Below are positions 45,636 to 54,676 of a stretch of DNA of 64,000 nucleotides, piece after piece; within the stretch, counting starts at the first letter, position 1, and every line of letters begins with the position of its first letter. The notes under the pieces were generated by a model that saw only the letters and a program-made list of their open reading frames with translations, was not told where the DNA came from and searched no databases. The position numbers and the translations under genes were made by a program. The stretch lies in contig JAABRX010000001.1 in NCBI GenBank assembly GCA_011390675.1, positions 5,368 through 69,367 of the forward strand, in the 5' to 3' direction. This DNA comes from Trueperaceae bacterium (GTDB lineage: Bacteria; Deinococcota; Deinococci; Deinococcales; Trueperaceae).

Positions 45636-46483
45636 GGGTGGCGCTCGCCGGCGGTGACGGCGAAGGGGAGGCGGTTCTCGAGCGGCGGCAAGGGGCACGT
45701 GGCGTGGGGCGTGTGGGCGCAGGGTGGGTGGTGGGCGAGGTGGAAGTCGAGCCAGGCGCGGCCTGCGACGGGCGGGTCGACGGTGAGGAAACGGCCGGCG
45801 CCGTAGGTCGACGCGCCGTTCGTGGCGTCGCGGAAGTTGAGGAACAAGCGCTCGCCCGACCACGTGGCCAGCAGCGCGTGCGTCGCCCCCGCGTGTTCGA
45901 AGCGCAGCCAACCCGCGGCCGGAAGCTCCAAGGCGTCACCGAGCGCGTTCACGATCGCCACGTGCTCGTCCGGAGCGGCCGGCACGAAGCGGGCGGGCAC
46001 CCGCCACCCGGGCTCGATCGCGAACCAGCCGACGCCCGCGCCGGCGGCGCGCTCGACCGCTTGCCGCGGGTCGTACGTCCGCACGCCGTGGCGGTCGCCG
46101 CGCCGGAGCACCACGCTGCGGACCGCGCCCTCCTCGGGCCCGAGCGCGAACGGCTGGTCCGCCCCCGCCACCCGCACGACGCCCTCCACCGGCGCCCCGT
46201 CCGCCCACAGTCGGTTCGGCCCCGCAGGCTCGACGACCACTACGTCGCCGTCGACGGCGAGCGTCGCGACGTGCGCGGCGGTCGTCGGTGGCGTCCGCAC
46301 CGCGCAATCGGCGTCGCTGCCGAGGCGATGGGCTCCTTCGCCCAGCCAGTCGAGCCCGACGACCGCCCACCAGCCGTCGGGCGCCGCGAGGCGCGCCGCG
46401 TAGGCCGCGCGCCAGTCGACCAAGGCGGTGTGGGCGGTGGCGTCGTTGGCGGGGTCGGCGTTCGGGACCGGATTCGTGGTCAT
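45632..46483 (-). CDS. DUF1684-domain protein
   Basis: Internal ATG 46483 of ORF 45632..46762. C-terminal FRDATNGASTYGAGRFL..HHPPCAHTPHATCPLPPLENRL pattern typical of DUF1684. GTGA overlap with the antiporter. Confidence 0.7.
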   Translation of the reverse strand: MTTNPVPNADPANDATAHTALVDWRAAYAARLAAPDGWWAVVGLDWLGEGAHRLGSDADCAVRTPPTTAAHVATLAVDGDVVVVEPAGPNRLWADGAPVEGVVRVAGADQPFALGPEEGAVRSVVLRRGDRHGVRTYDPRQAVERAAGAGVGWFAIEPGWRVPARFVPAAPDEHVAIVNALGDALELPAAGWLRFEHAGATHALLATWSGERLFLNFRDATNGASTYGAGRFLTVDPPVAGRAWLDFHLAHHPPCAHTPHATCPLPPLENRLPFAVTAGERHP

Positions 46484-46619
46484 CGCGCCGCAAGCATGAC
46501 GCATCGCGGCCCCCGACGCGGTGGCACCCAATGCATCGGCATCGGCGGCCCCCGCGCGCCGCTGATGCCGTACGCTGGCCGTCTGCCCGGACAGCCCGGG
46601 CGACCTACGGAGGTCCTGC

Positions 46620-48095
46620 ATGCGACGTGCCCTACTGCCCCTGCTCGCGCTCCTCGCGCTGGCGACGGCGTCCGCCCAGACGCTCACCACCGCGATCGGC
46701 TCCAACCCGCCGACCCTCGACCCGCAAGTCACCTTCAACGGCTTCTCGTTCCACGTCACCAACCAGGTCTACGAAACGCTCGTGCGCGTCACGCCCGATG
46801 GGGAGATCGTTCCCGGACTCGCCACCGACTGGAGCTACCCCGACCCCACCACGCTGCGGCTGACGCTGCGCGAGGGCGTGACCTTCCACGACGGCACGGC
46901 GTTCGATGCCGACGCGGTGGTCGCCTCGTTCGGGCGCATCCTCGATCCCGAGACGGCCGCGCCCGGCCGCTTCGTGCTCAGCTCGATCGACGAGGTCCGC
47001 GCGGTGGACGCCACGACCGTCGAGCTGGTCACCGACCCTCCGTTCGCGCCGCTGCTCGCGCACCTCGCGCACCCGGTCTCGGCCATCGTCCCGGTCGCGC
47101 AGGCCGCCGATCTGGCTCGCAACCCCGTCGGCACCGGCCCGTACACCTTCGTCCGCTGGGTCGACGGCAGCGAGGTCGTGCTGCAGGCGAACGCGAACTA
47201 CTGGGGCGGCGCGCCCGCGATCGCCGACGTGGTCGTGCGGATCATCCCCGAGGTCAGCACCCAGGTGGTCGAGCTCCGCTCGGGCGGCGTCGACCTGATC
47301 TTCAACCTGCCGGCCGACAACTTCCTGACGCTGGCTGGCGACCCCGCGCTCGCGACCGACACGCTCCCCGGGTGGGGGAGCGCGCACCTCGGCTTCAACG
47401 TCGCGAACCCCAAGCTCGCCGACCTGCGCGTGCGTCAGGCGCTCGCCCACGCGATCGACAAGGCGCTCATCACCGAGGAGTTCTTCCGCGGCCTCGCCGC
47501 CCCGGGCGTGGCCCCCATCCCCGGCACCGTGCGCTACGCCGCCGACCTCGAGGAGCCGTACCCGTACGACGTCGAGGGCGCCAAGGCACTGCTCGCCGAA
47601 GCGGGCGCCGAGGGGCTCTCGCTGCGCCTCGACGTGTTCCAGAACCCCGACCTCGAGTCGGTGGCCCAGGTCCTGCAGTTCGCCTTCGCGGAGATCGGCG
47701 TCGACCTCGAGATCCGCGTCCAGGACTTCTCGGCGTACACCCAGGCGGTCGAGTCCGACGACCTCGAGCTCTACATGACGTCGTGGGGCACGGTCACGCT
47801 CGACGCGGACTACACCCTCTACGCGTTCTTCCACTCGAGCCAGGTCCCGGCGAACAACCGCTCGCGCTGGGTCGACGCCGACATCGACGCGCTGCTCCAG
47901 ACCGGCCGCGACGACCCGGACGACGCCGCCCGCGCCGCTGCCTACCTCGAGGTGCAGGAGCGCGCGGTCGCCGAGCTCCCGATGGTGACGCTCTACTACC
48001 CGCTCTTCACGTACGCCAAGCGCCCGAGCGTCCAGGGCGAGGTGCTCGCGTTCTCCTGGATCCTCCTCGACCTGCGGAACGCGACGCTGGACTAA
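46620..48095 (+). CDS. Peptide/nickel-type ABC transporter substrate-binding protein (family 5, DppA/OppA-like)
   Basis: GGAGG SD. Signal peptide ends ATASAQT. Motifs GLATDWSY..LTLREGVTFHDG and NPVGTGPY. Confidence 0.85.
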   Translation: MRRALLPLLALLALATASAQTLTTAIGSNPPTLDPQVTFNGFSFHVTNQVYETLVRVTPDGEIVPGLATDWSYPDPTTLRLTLREGVTFHDGTAFDADAVVASFGRILDPETAAPGRFVLSSIDEVRAVDATTVELVTDPPFAPLLAHLAHPVSAIVPVAQAADLARNPVGTGPYTFVRWVDGSEVVLQANANYWGGAPAIADVVVRIIPEVSTQVVELRSGGVDLIFNLPADNFLTLAGDPALATDTLPGWGSAHLGFNVANPKLADLRVRQALAHAIDKALITEEFFRGLAAPGVAPIPGTVRYAADLEEPYPYDVEGAKALLAEAGAEGLSLRLDVFQNPDLESVAQVLQFAFAEIGVDLEIRVQDFSAYTQAVESDDLELYMTSWGTVTLDADYTLYAFFHSSQVPANNRSRWVDADIDALLQTGRDDPDDAARAAAYLEVQERAVAELPMVTLYYPLFTYAKRPSVQGEVLAFSWILLDLRNATLD

Positions 48096-48096
48096 C

Positions 48097-49026
48097 TTGC
48101 TCGGCTACCTGCTGGGCCGCCTGGTCGGCACGGCGCCGGTCCTGTTCGGGGTGACGCTGCTCGTCTTCGCGATGACGTGGCTCACCCCGGGCGACCCGGT
48201 CGTCGCGCTGCTCGGCGAGACCGCCCAAGGCATCTCCGCCGAGGGCCGCGACGACCTGCGCCGCCAGCTCGGTCTGGACCGGCCCTGGCCGGTGCAGTAC
48301 GTCGAGTACGTCAGCGGTCTGGTGCGGGGCGACCTGGGCACCTCGATCCGGTCGCGGCGACCGGTGCTCGACGAGGTGCTCGACCGCTTGCCCGCCACCG
48401 CCGAGCTCGCGCTGGCGGGGCTGGCGATCGCCATCGTCGTCGGCGTCTCGCTAGGGGTCGCCGCGGCCGTGCGCAAGCGCACGTGGGTCGACGCGCTCGC
48501 GATCGCCGTCGCGCTCGTGGGCGTCTCGGTACCGGTCTTCTGGTCCGGGTTCCTGCTGATGCTCGTCTTCGCGCTCGACCTCGGCTGGTTGCCGGCCAGC
48601 GGCCGGGGCACGTGGCAGCACCTGGTGCTGCCGGCGCTGACGGTCGGCATCTCCTCGGCGGCCTTCATCGCGCGCATCACCCGCGGCGCCGTGCTCGAGA
48701 CGCTCGGTCAGGACTACGTGCGCACCGCCCGCGCGAAAGGGGTGGCCGCGCGCCGCGTGGTGGTGCGCCACGCGCTGCGCAACGCGCTGCTCCCGATCGT
48801 CACCGTGGTCGGCCTGCAGCTCGGCGGCCTGCTCGGCGGCGCGGTGCTGACCGAGACCGTGTTCGCCTGGCCCGGCGTCGGGCGCATGCTCGTCGACGCG
48901 ATCCTCGCGCGCGACCTGCCGCTGGTGCAGGGGAGCGTGCTCGTCGTCTCGCTCCTGTTCATCCTCGTCAACCTCGCCGTCGACCTGTCCTACGCGGCGA
49001 TCAACCCCAAGGTGCGCTATGGCTGA
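48097..49026 (+). CDS. ABC transporter permease (DppB-like)
   Basis: TTG start 1 nt after the SBP stop. Motif YVRTARAKGV typical of DppB/OppB. Confidence 0.85.
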   Translation: MLGYLLGRLVGTAPVLFGVTLLVFAMTWLTPGDPVVALLGETAQGISAEGRDDLRRQLGLDRPWPVQYVEYVSGLVRGDLGTSIRSRRPVLDEVLDRLPATAELALAGLAIAIVVGVSLGVAAAVRKRTWVDALAIAVALVGVSVPVFWSGFLLMLVFALDLGWLPASGRGTWQHLVLPALTVGISSAAFIARITRGAVLETLGQDYVRTARAKGVAARRVVVRHALRNALLPIVTVVGLQLGGLLGGAVLTETVFAWPGVGRMLVDAILARDLPLVQGSVLVVSLLFILVNLAVDLSYAAINPKVRYG

Positions 49027-49894
49027 CGCCGCCACCGCTGCGCCCGTCGGGCGCTGGCGCGCGTTCTGGACGGCGCCGGCCACCCGCCGCTTCCGGCGCA
49101 ACCCCGGCGCCTGGGTGGGCCTGGCGATCGTCGTGGGCCTGGTCGCCCTCGCCGTGTTCGCCCCCTGGATCGCGGACCGGGCGCCGGACGCGCAGAACCT
49201 GCGGATGCGGCTGCGTCCGCCGTCGCTCGAACACCCGTTCGGCACCGACGAGTTCGGCCGCAGCGTCCTCGCGCGCGTCGCCTACGGGGCGCGCGTCTCG
49301 CTGCTCACCGGCGTCGTGCCGGTGGCGCTGGCGCTGCTGCTCGGCAGCACGATCGGCCTGGTCGCCGGCTTCTTCCGCGGTCGCCTCGATAGCGCCCTCA
49401 TGCGCGTGATGGACGTGCTGCTCGCGTTCCCGTCGCTGCTGTTGGCGCTCGCCGTGGTGGGCACGCTGGGCCCCGGGTTGGTGAACGCGGTGATCGCCAT
49501 CGCGGTCGTCGACGTGCCGCAGTACGCGCGCTTGGTGCGCAGCGTGGTGCTCGGGACGCGCGAAGAGGAGTACGTGCAGGCCGCCCGCGCCCTGGGGGCC
49601 GGCAACGGCCGCCTGATGCTGCGGCACGTGCTCCCCAGCGCGGTCGGCCCCATCGTGGTGCAGGCGACGCTGGGGGTGGGCTTCGCGATCCTCGCGATCG
49701 CCGGGCTCTCGTTCCTGGGCCTAGGGGTCCAACCGCCGACCTCGGATTGGGGCGAGATGCTCGCGCGCGGGCGCCGCTTCCTCCCCGACGCCACCTGGCT
49801 GATGATCTTCCCGGGGCTCGCGGTCTCGCTCACGGTGCTCGGCTTCAACCTCTTGGGGGACGGTCTGCGCGACGCGCTCGATCCCAGGGGCTGA
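49019..49894 (+). CDS. ABC transporter permease (DppC-like)
   Basis: Motifs FGTDEFGRSVLARV and YVQAARALGA typical of DppC/OppC. Confidence 0.85.
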   Translation: MADAATAAPVGRWRAFWTAPATRRFRRNPGAWVGLAIVVGLVALAVFAPWIADRAPDAQNLRMRLRPPSLEHPFGTDEFGRSVLARVAYGARVSLLTGVVPVALALLLGSTIGLVAGFFRGRLDSALMRVMDVLLAFPSLLLALAVVGTLGPGLVNAVIAIAVVDVPQYARLVRSVVLGTREEEYVQAARALGAGNGRLMLRHVLPSAVGPIVVQATLGVGFAILAIAGLSFLGLGVQPPTSDWGEMLARGRRFLPDATWLMIFPGLAVSLTVLGFNLLGDGLRDALDPRG

Positions 49895-49899
49895 GGTCC

Positions 49900-51339
49900 T
49901 CAGGCGACCGCGGTCGCCCGCCCCTCGCGATCGAGGTACCTCCGCAACGCCGCGAACACCACCGGGTCGATCCCGGTCCCCAGGTCGCGCTCGAGGATGG
50001 CGATCACCCGCGCCCGATCGAGCCGCTCGCGGTAGGGGCGTTCGGCCGACAGCGCCTCGAACTGGTCCGCGACCGCCAGGATCCGTGCTTCGAGCGGCAG
50101 CTCGGCGCCACCGACGCCGCGGTGGTACCCGCCGCCGTCGACGCGCTCGTGGTGCATCGCCGCGACCTCGGCGAGGTCGCGGAAGGGACCGACGCGCTCG
50201 AGGATCCGCAACGTGTGGTCGGGGTGGCGCCGCACCTCGACGAGCTCCTCGTCGGTCAGGCGCCCAGGCTTGTCGAGGATCGCGCTCGACACCCCGAGCT
50301 TGCCCAGGTCGTGCAGCAGCGCCGCGCGCCTCAGGCGCCGCTGGCCGGCCGCGTCGATGCCGAGCTCTTCGGCGATCCCGACCGTGTAGCGCGCCACCTC
50401 GGTGGAGTGGCGGTAGGTCCAGGGCGACTTGGCGTCGATCACGCCCGCGAACGCTTCGGCGACGCGGTCGAGCTGAGCCTCGTCGGAGCGGCGGACGCGG
50501 TCCTCCGGTTCGAGCGCGGCCACCCGTTCGCGCACCCGCTCGCCGGCGAGCGCCGGCCAGAAGTCCGGACGCCGCTGCGCCTTCAAGAAGGCGTCGACCA
50601 GCTGCGGGTCGAACCAGGTGCCGCGGCGCCGACGCGCCACGCGGCGGGCGGCGGCCGGCCCGTAGGCGCTGGCGAACACCTCGGTGGTCTGGGCCAGCTG
50701 CAGGATGCGGCCCAGGAGCGGGATGCCTTCGCCGTGCAGCCCGGCCGGTTGCCCGCGCCCGTCCCAGTGCTCGTCGAGCGTGCGGATCGCGTCGGCGGTG
50801 GCGTCCGCGAACCCGAGGTCGAGGGCGATCGAGGCGCCGCGCTCGCAGCGCAGCGCCATCAGCTCCTGGGTGCCGCCGTGGCGCCCGAGCGCCACCTCCG
50901 CGATGCGGCGGATCCGAGCGAGGCTCACCTCGCCGCTGCGGGTCGCGCGCACCACGAACCGGAAGGCATCGGCCAGGTTCGTCCAGCGCATCCGCTTGTG
51001 GAGCGCCTTGGCCGCGCGGTCGTCCGCCTGGAAGAGCTGCGCCATCTTCGACGCGTTCGACGAGCAACCGAGGTCCTTGAGCAGCAGCGCGTAGAACAGC
51101 GACGACAGCGTCGTGGTGGGGAGGTCGATCTCGGCCGCCACGCGCATGCCGATCAGGCAGGTGCGCAGCGCGTGCCCCTCGGGCATGCCCTCGGTGAGGT
51201 CGAGCGCGGTGCTGAGCGCGGCGACGACCTCGGACGTGCGCAGCGCCGCGCTCGGGTCGACCGCGGCGCCCAGGGCAACGGCGGTGGCCGTGGGGTTCGG
51301 TGCACCGGTCGGCGGGGCGGGGGCGATCGCTGAGGTCAC
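49900..51339 (-). CDS. Tandem HD-domain protein: degenerate N-terminal HD-GYP-like module plus C-terminal HD-GYP-type module
   Basis: N-terminal module has KD in place of HD (LLLKDLGCSS) and HWDGRGQP. C-terminal module has LLHDLGKLG and HHERVDGGGYH (GYH instead of GYP). Confidence 0.8.
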   Translation of the reverse strand: MTSAIAPAPPTGAPNPTATAVALGAAVDPSAALRTSEVVAALSTALDLTEGMPEGHALRTCLIGMRVAAEIDLPTTTLSSLFYALLLKDLGCSSNASKMAQLFQADDRAAKALHKRMRWTNLADAFRFVVRATRSGEVSLARIRRIAEVALGRHGGTQELMALRCERGASIALDLGFADATADAIRTLDEHWDGRGQPAGLHGEGIPLLGRILQLAQTTEVFASAYGPAAARRVARRRRGTWFDPQLVDAFLKAQRRPDFWPALAGERVRERVAALEPEDRVRRSDEAQLDRVAEAFAGVIDAKSPWTYRHSTEVARYTVGIAEELGIDAAGQRRLRRAALLHDLGKLGVSSAILDKPGRLTDEELVEVRRHPDHTLRILERVGPFRDLAEVAAMHHERVDGGGYHRGVGGAELPLEARILAVADQFEALSAERPYRERLDRARVIAILERDLGTGIDPVVFAALRRYLDREGRATAVA

Positions 51340-51345
51340 GCCGTC

Positions 51346-51351
51346 ACGCTA
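51346..51351 (-). promoter_or_regulatory. -10-like TAGCGT, 6 nt upstream of the HD-GYP GTG
   Basis: The minus strand reads TAGCGT-gacggc-GTG. Confidence 0.35.
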
Positions 51352-51374
51352 GCGGTCCGCCCCTTACGGCACCG

Positions 51375-54300
51375 TCACGCGGTCTCGTCGGCGCGGTACG
51401 TCCAGCCGGCGAGGTCGGACGCGGGCATGGGTCGCGCCAACAGGAAGCCTTGGCCCACGCGGCAGCCACGGGTGACGAGCGCGCGTCGCTGCGCGGGCTC
51501 CTCGATGCCTTCGGCGACGACCTCGAGGCCGAGGCCGGCGGCGAGCGCCAGCACGGCGTCGACCACCGCCGTGCCGCGGCTCGCGGCTTCGGTGGCGTCG
51601 GGGTCGTCGCCATGGTCGTCGAAGCCCAAGCCGCGCACGAACGAGCGGTCGATCTTGAGCACGTCCACGGGCAAGACCGCCAGGCGATGCAGCGACGAGT
51701 AGCCGGTGCCGAAGTCGTCCATGGCGACCCGGATGCCCGACGCCTGCAGCGCCGCGAGCGCCGCGGTGGCTTGGTGGCGCTCGTCCGCCATCACGCTCTC
51801 GGTGACCTCCAACTCCAGGTCCTGCGGCTCCAGCCCGTGCCGCGCGATGGCGTCGCGAACGCCCTGCTCGAAGTCGTCCGCCCGCAGCTGGTGGACGGAC
51901 ACGTTGACGCAGACGCGCGGCACCGCGAGCCCGGCCGCCCGCCAGGTGACGAGGTCGGCGCACGCCCGGTCCAGGACGAACGCGCCCAGCGTCGCGATCA
52001 GGCCCGCCTCCTCCGCGAGCGGGACGAACGTGCCCGGGGCGATGGGGCCCTGGCTCGGGTGGTCCCAGCGGGCGAGCGCTTCGACCCCCTCGAGGGCGCC
52101 GTCGGCGAGGCGGACGCGCGGTTGGTACGCGACCCACAAGCTCGCTTCGGCGCGCAGCGCGCCGCGGAGGTCCTCGGTCAGGGCGGCACGGGCGCGCATC
52201 CGGGCGTCGAGGTCGCGGGTGAAGTAGGCGACCGCGCCGCGCCCCTCGCGCTTGACGCGGTACATCGCCAGGTCGGCGTGGCGCATGAGCGTCGCGGCGT
52301 CGGTGGCGTCGTCCGGGGCGACGCTGACGCCCACCGAGCCGCCGACGCGCACCGCGCGGCCGGCCACGAGGACCTCTTGGCGCAGCACGTCGATCACCTT
52401 CTGGGCGACCTTGGCCGCCGAGTCCGCGTCCTGGAGGCCGGCCGCGACGACCGCGAACTCATCGCCTCCGAGGCGCGCGACCGTGTCCTCGTCGCGCAGC
52501 GCGTCGCGCAGACGCGTGGCCACCGTGACGAGGAGTTCATCGCCGGCGGCGTGCCCGAAGGCGTCGTTGACGCTCTTGAAGGCGTCCAGGTCGATGACCA
52601 GGAGCGCGGTGCGGGCCTCCGTGCGGCGGTCGCGCGCCAAGGCGCGTTCGAGCCGATCGTTGAGCAGCGTGCGGTTGGGCAGCCCGGTGAGCGGGTCGTG
52701 GTGCGCGAGGTGCGCGAGTTTGGTGCGTTCCTCGTTCAGGGCACGCTCGAGGGCTCGGCGCTGCAGGAGCACCGCCACCGTGCCGCCGAGCAGTTCGGCG
52801 CGCTCGAGCGATTCTTCGTCGAAGCCGTCCTCGTGCATGGCGTCGAGTTGCAGGAACCCGAGCAGGTCGCCGCCGGCGACGATCGGCACGGACAGCGTCG
52901 CCGCGAGCGGCGCTGCGTTGGGGTGGGTGTTGAAGCGCTTGGCGGTCTCGGGATCCATCAGCTCGCGCTCGGCGCGCAGGTCGACCCGCTCGACCCGGTC
53001 GAGTCGGCGCCGGGCGAACGACTCGGGTCCGAGCGCCACCTGGGTCAGGTCGCCGAGCGGCCGTGCATGCAGCGCTACGAACCGGAAGCGACCGTCCTCG
53101 CCGCGCGCCAGCACGCAGCCGGTGTCGGCGCCGGGGACGTGGGCGATCGCGTGGTGCAGGACCTGCTCGTGCACGTCGGCGTCGGGTGCCGCACCGAGCA
53201 CGTCGTGGGTGAGCGCCAAGAGGCTGCGGCGGAAGGCGACCTCGCGCTCGAGCGCGGCCCGTTCCCGGATCCGCTCGGTGACGTCGACGCTGCGGTAGAC
53301 CGCACCGTGCACCGCGCCCTCCGACCACAGCGGTTGGAAGGTGACGTCGACCCAGTACGGTGGGAGGCCCGCCGCGCGGGACTCGGGGCCGCGGACGGCA
53401 CGGACCTCGGCACCCGACAGTGCGGTGTCCAGGTCGCTATGGAACACCGGGTCGTCGATGACTCGGTCGATCTTGGCGCCGACGCGAAGCTCGTGCCCGA
53501 ACCGGTTCCGCACGCGCGTGGCGGCGGTCGGGTTCAGCGCCGCGACCTGCCGTTCGGCGTCGACGAGCACGACCGCGTCGTCACTGAGCTCGAGCATGGT
53601 GCGCAGCTCGGACTCCGAGCGGCGCAGTGCTTCGGTCAGGTGCGTGCGCTCGGTGACGTCGTGGAGGAAGCCGTGCCACACCATCGTGCCGTCCTCGCGC
53701 TGCGAAGGGACCGCACGACCGTGCAGGACACGCACGCCGTGGGCGTGGTCGATGGCCCGGAACTCGTGGTCCCAGCGCTGCAGCGAGCGCGCCGACGCGA
53801 CGAGGCTCGCCTCGAAGGCGGGCCGGTCCTGGTCGAGGATCCGATCGAGCGCCGGGTTCGCGTTGGACCGGAGCGGCGCGATGTCGATGCCGAGCAGCTC
53901 GCCGAAGCGGGGGCTCGCGTACGCGAACCGGCGGGCGCCGTCCGGCGCGCGCTCGAAGCGGAAGAGGCCGCCCGGGACCTCGGCGGCGAGGTGGCGCAGG
54001 TCGCGCAGGGCGTCGTCGCGTTCGCGGGCGGTCTGGGTCCGCTCGACGTCCCCGAGCACGACCTGGGCTGCGGTTCCGAAGGCGACCGCCGCGTCCTCGG
54101 GCCACGGGCCGGGCACCGGGCGCTCGAAGGCGACGAAGCCGGTCGTGCGGTAGTCGGTGCGCATGGGTGCGTACAGGAGCGCGGCGCTCCCTGCTGCGAG
54201 GCGGGCGGCGACGTGGGCTCGGGGTGCGCCGTCTGGGTCCGCGGTCCACGCGTTCAGGTCGTCCACGACGATCGCTTCGTTGGCGACGAGCCGGTTCCAC

Positions 54301-54599
54301 CAGGTGCCCAGCATCTCGACGTTCTCGATGAGCGGCGGTGCGTCCGAACCGTCGGGGTGCTGGCGCCACTCGTACGTGCGCGACAACGTCCAGCCGTCCT
54401 CGCCGAGCGTCATGATGCTCGCCACGTGGGCGCTGGCCGCCTCCGCCAGTTCCCCGAGGGCCGCAGCGACGCCGCGTTCGATCGCTTCGGCGGGTCGTTC
54501 CGTCACCCGACGCAGCAGCTGCAGCGTGCGCGGTGCGATGAGGTCCGCGCCGCGGCCGCGGCGATCGCGGTCGCCCGAGTCGTGCCGGTCGGCTGCCAT
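51375..54599 (-). CDS. GAF-PAS-GGDEF-EAL protein, tandem paralog B
   Basis: 1074 aa. I-site RDED five residues before GGDEF. EAL motifs GVEALARW, EVTES, DDFGTGYSSL, KIDRSF, EGIEE, QGFLL. Confidence 0.9.
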   Translation of the reverse strand: MAADRHDSGDRDRRGRGADLIAPRTLQLLRRVTERPAEAIERGVAAALGELAEAASAHVASIMTLGEDGWTLSRTYEWRQHPDGSDAPPLIENVEMLGTWWNRLVANEAIVVDDLNAWTADPDGAPRAHVAARLAAGSAALLYAPMRTDYRTTGFVAFERPVPGPWPEDAAVAFGTAAQVVLGDVERTQTARERDDALRDLRHLAAEVPGGLFRFERAPDGARRFAYASPRFGELLGIDIAPLRSNANPALDRILDQDRPAFEASLVASARSLQRWDHEFRAIDHAHGVRVLHGRAVPSQREDGTMVWHGFLHDVTERTHLTEALRRSESELRTMLELSDDAVVLVDAERQVAALNPTAATRVRNRFGHELRVGAKIDRVIDDPVFHSDLDTALSGAEVRAVRGPESRAAGLPPYWVDVTFQPLWSEGAVHGAVYRSVDVTERIRERAALEREVAFRRSLLALTHDVLGAAPDADVHEQVLHHAIAHVPGADTGCVLARGEDGRFRFVALHARPLGDLTQVALGPESFARRRLDRVERVDLRAERELMDPETAKRFNTHPNAAPLAATLSVPIVAGGDLLGFLQLDAMHEDGFDEESLERAELLGGTVAVLLQRRALERALNEERTKLAHLAHHDPLTGLPNRTLLNDRLERALARDRRTEARTALLVIDLDAFKSVNDAFGHAAGDELLVTVATRLRDALRDEDTVARLGGDEFAVVAAGLQDADSAAKVAQKVIDVLRQEVLVAGRAVRVGGSVGVSVAPDDATDAATLMRHADLAMYRVKREGRGAVAYFTRDLDARMRARAALTEDLRGALRAEASLWVAYQPRVRLADGALEGVEALARWDHPSQGPIAPGTFVPLAEEAGLIATLGAFVLDRACADLVTWRAAGLAVPRVCVNVSVHQLRADDFEQGVRDAIARHGLEPQDLELEVTESVMADERHQATAALAALQASGIRVAMDDFGTGYSSLHRLAVLPVDVLKIDRSFVRGLGFDDHGDDPDATEAASRGTAVVDAVLALAAGLGLEVVAEGIEEPAQRRALVTRGCRVGQGFLLARPMPASDLAGWTYRADETA

Positions 54600-54676
54600 G
54601 GCGACAGCCTACGGGACTCGGGCATGCGGTCGTGGCGAAACGGTCGGGTACGCGCGGGGCACGCGGTTGGGCGAGG

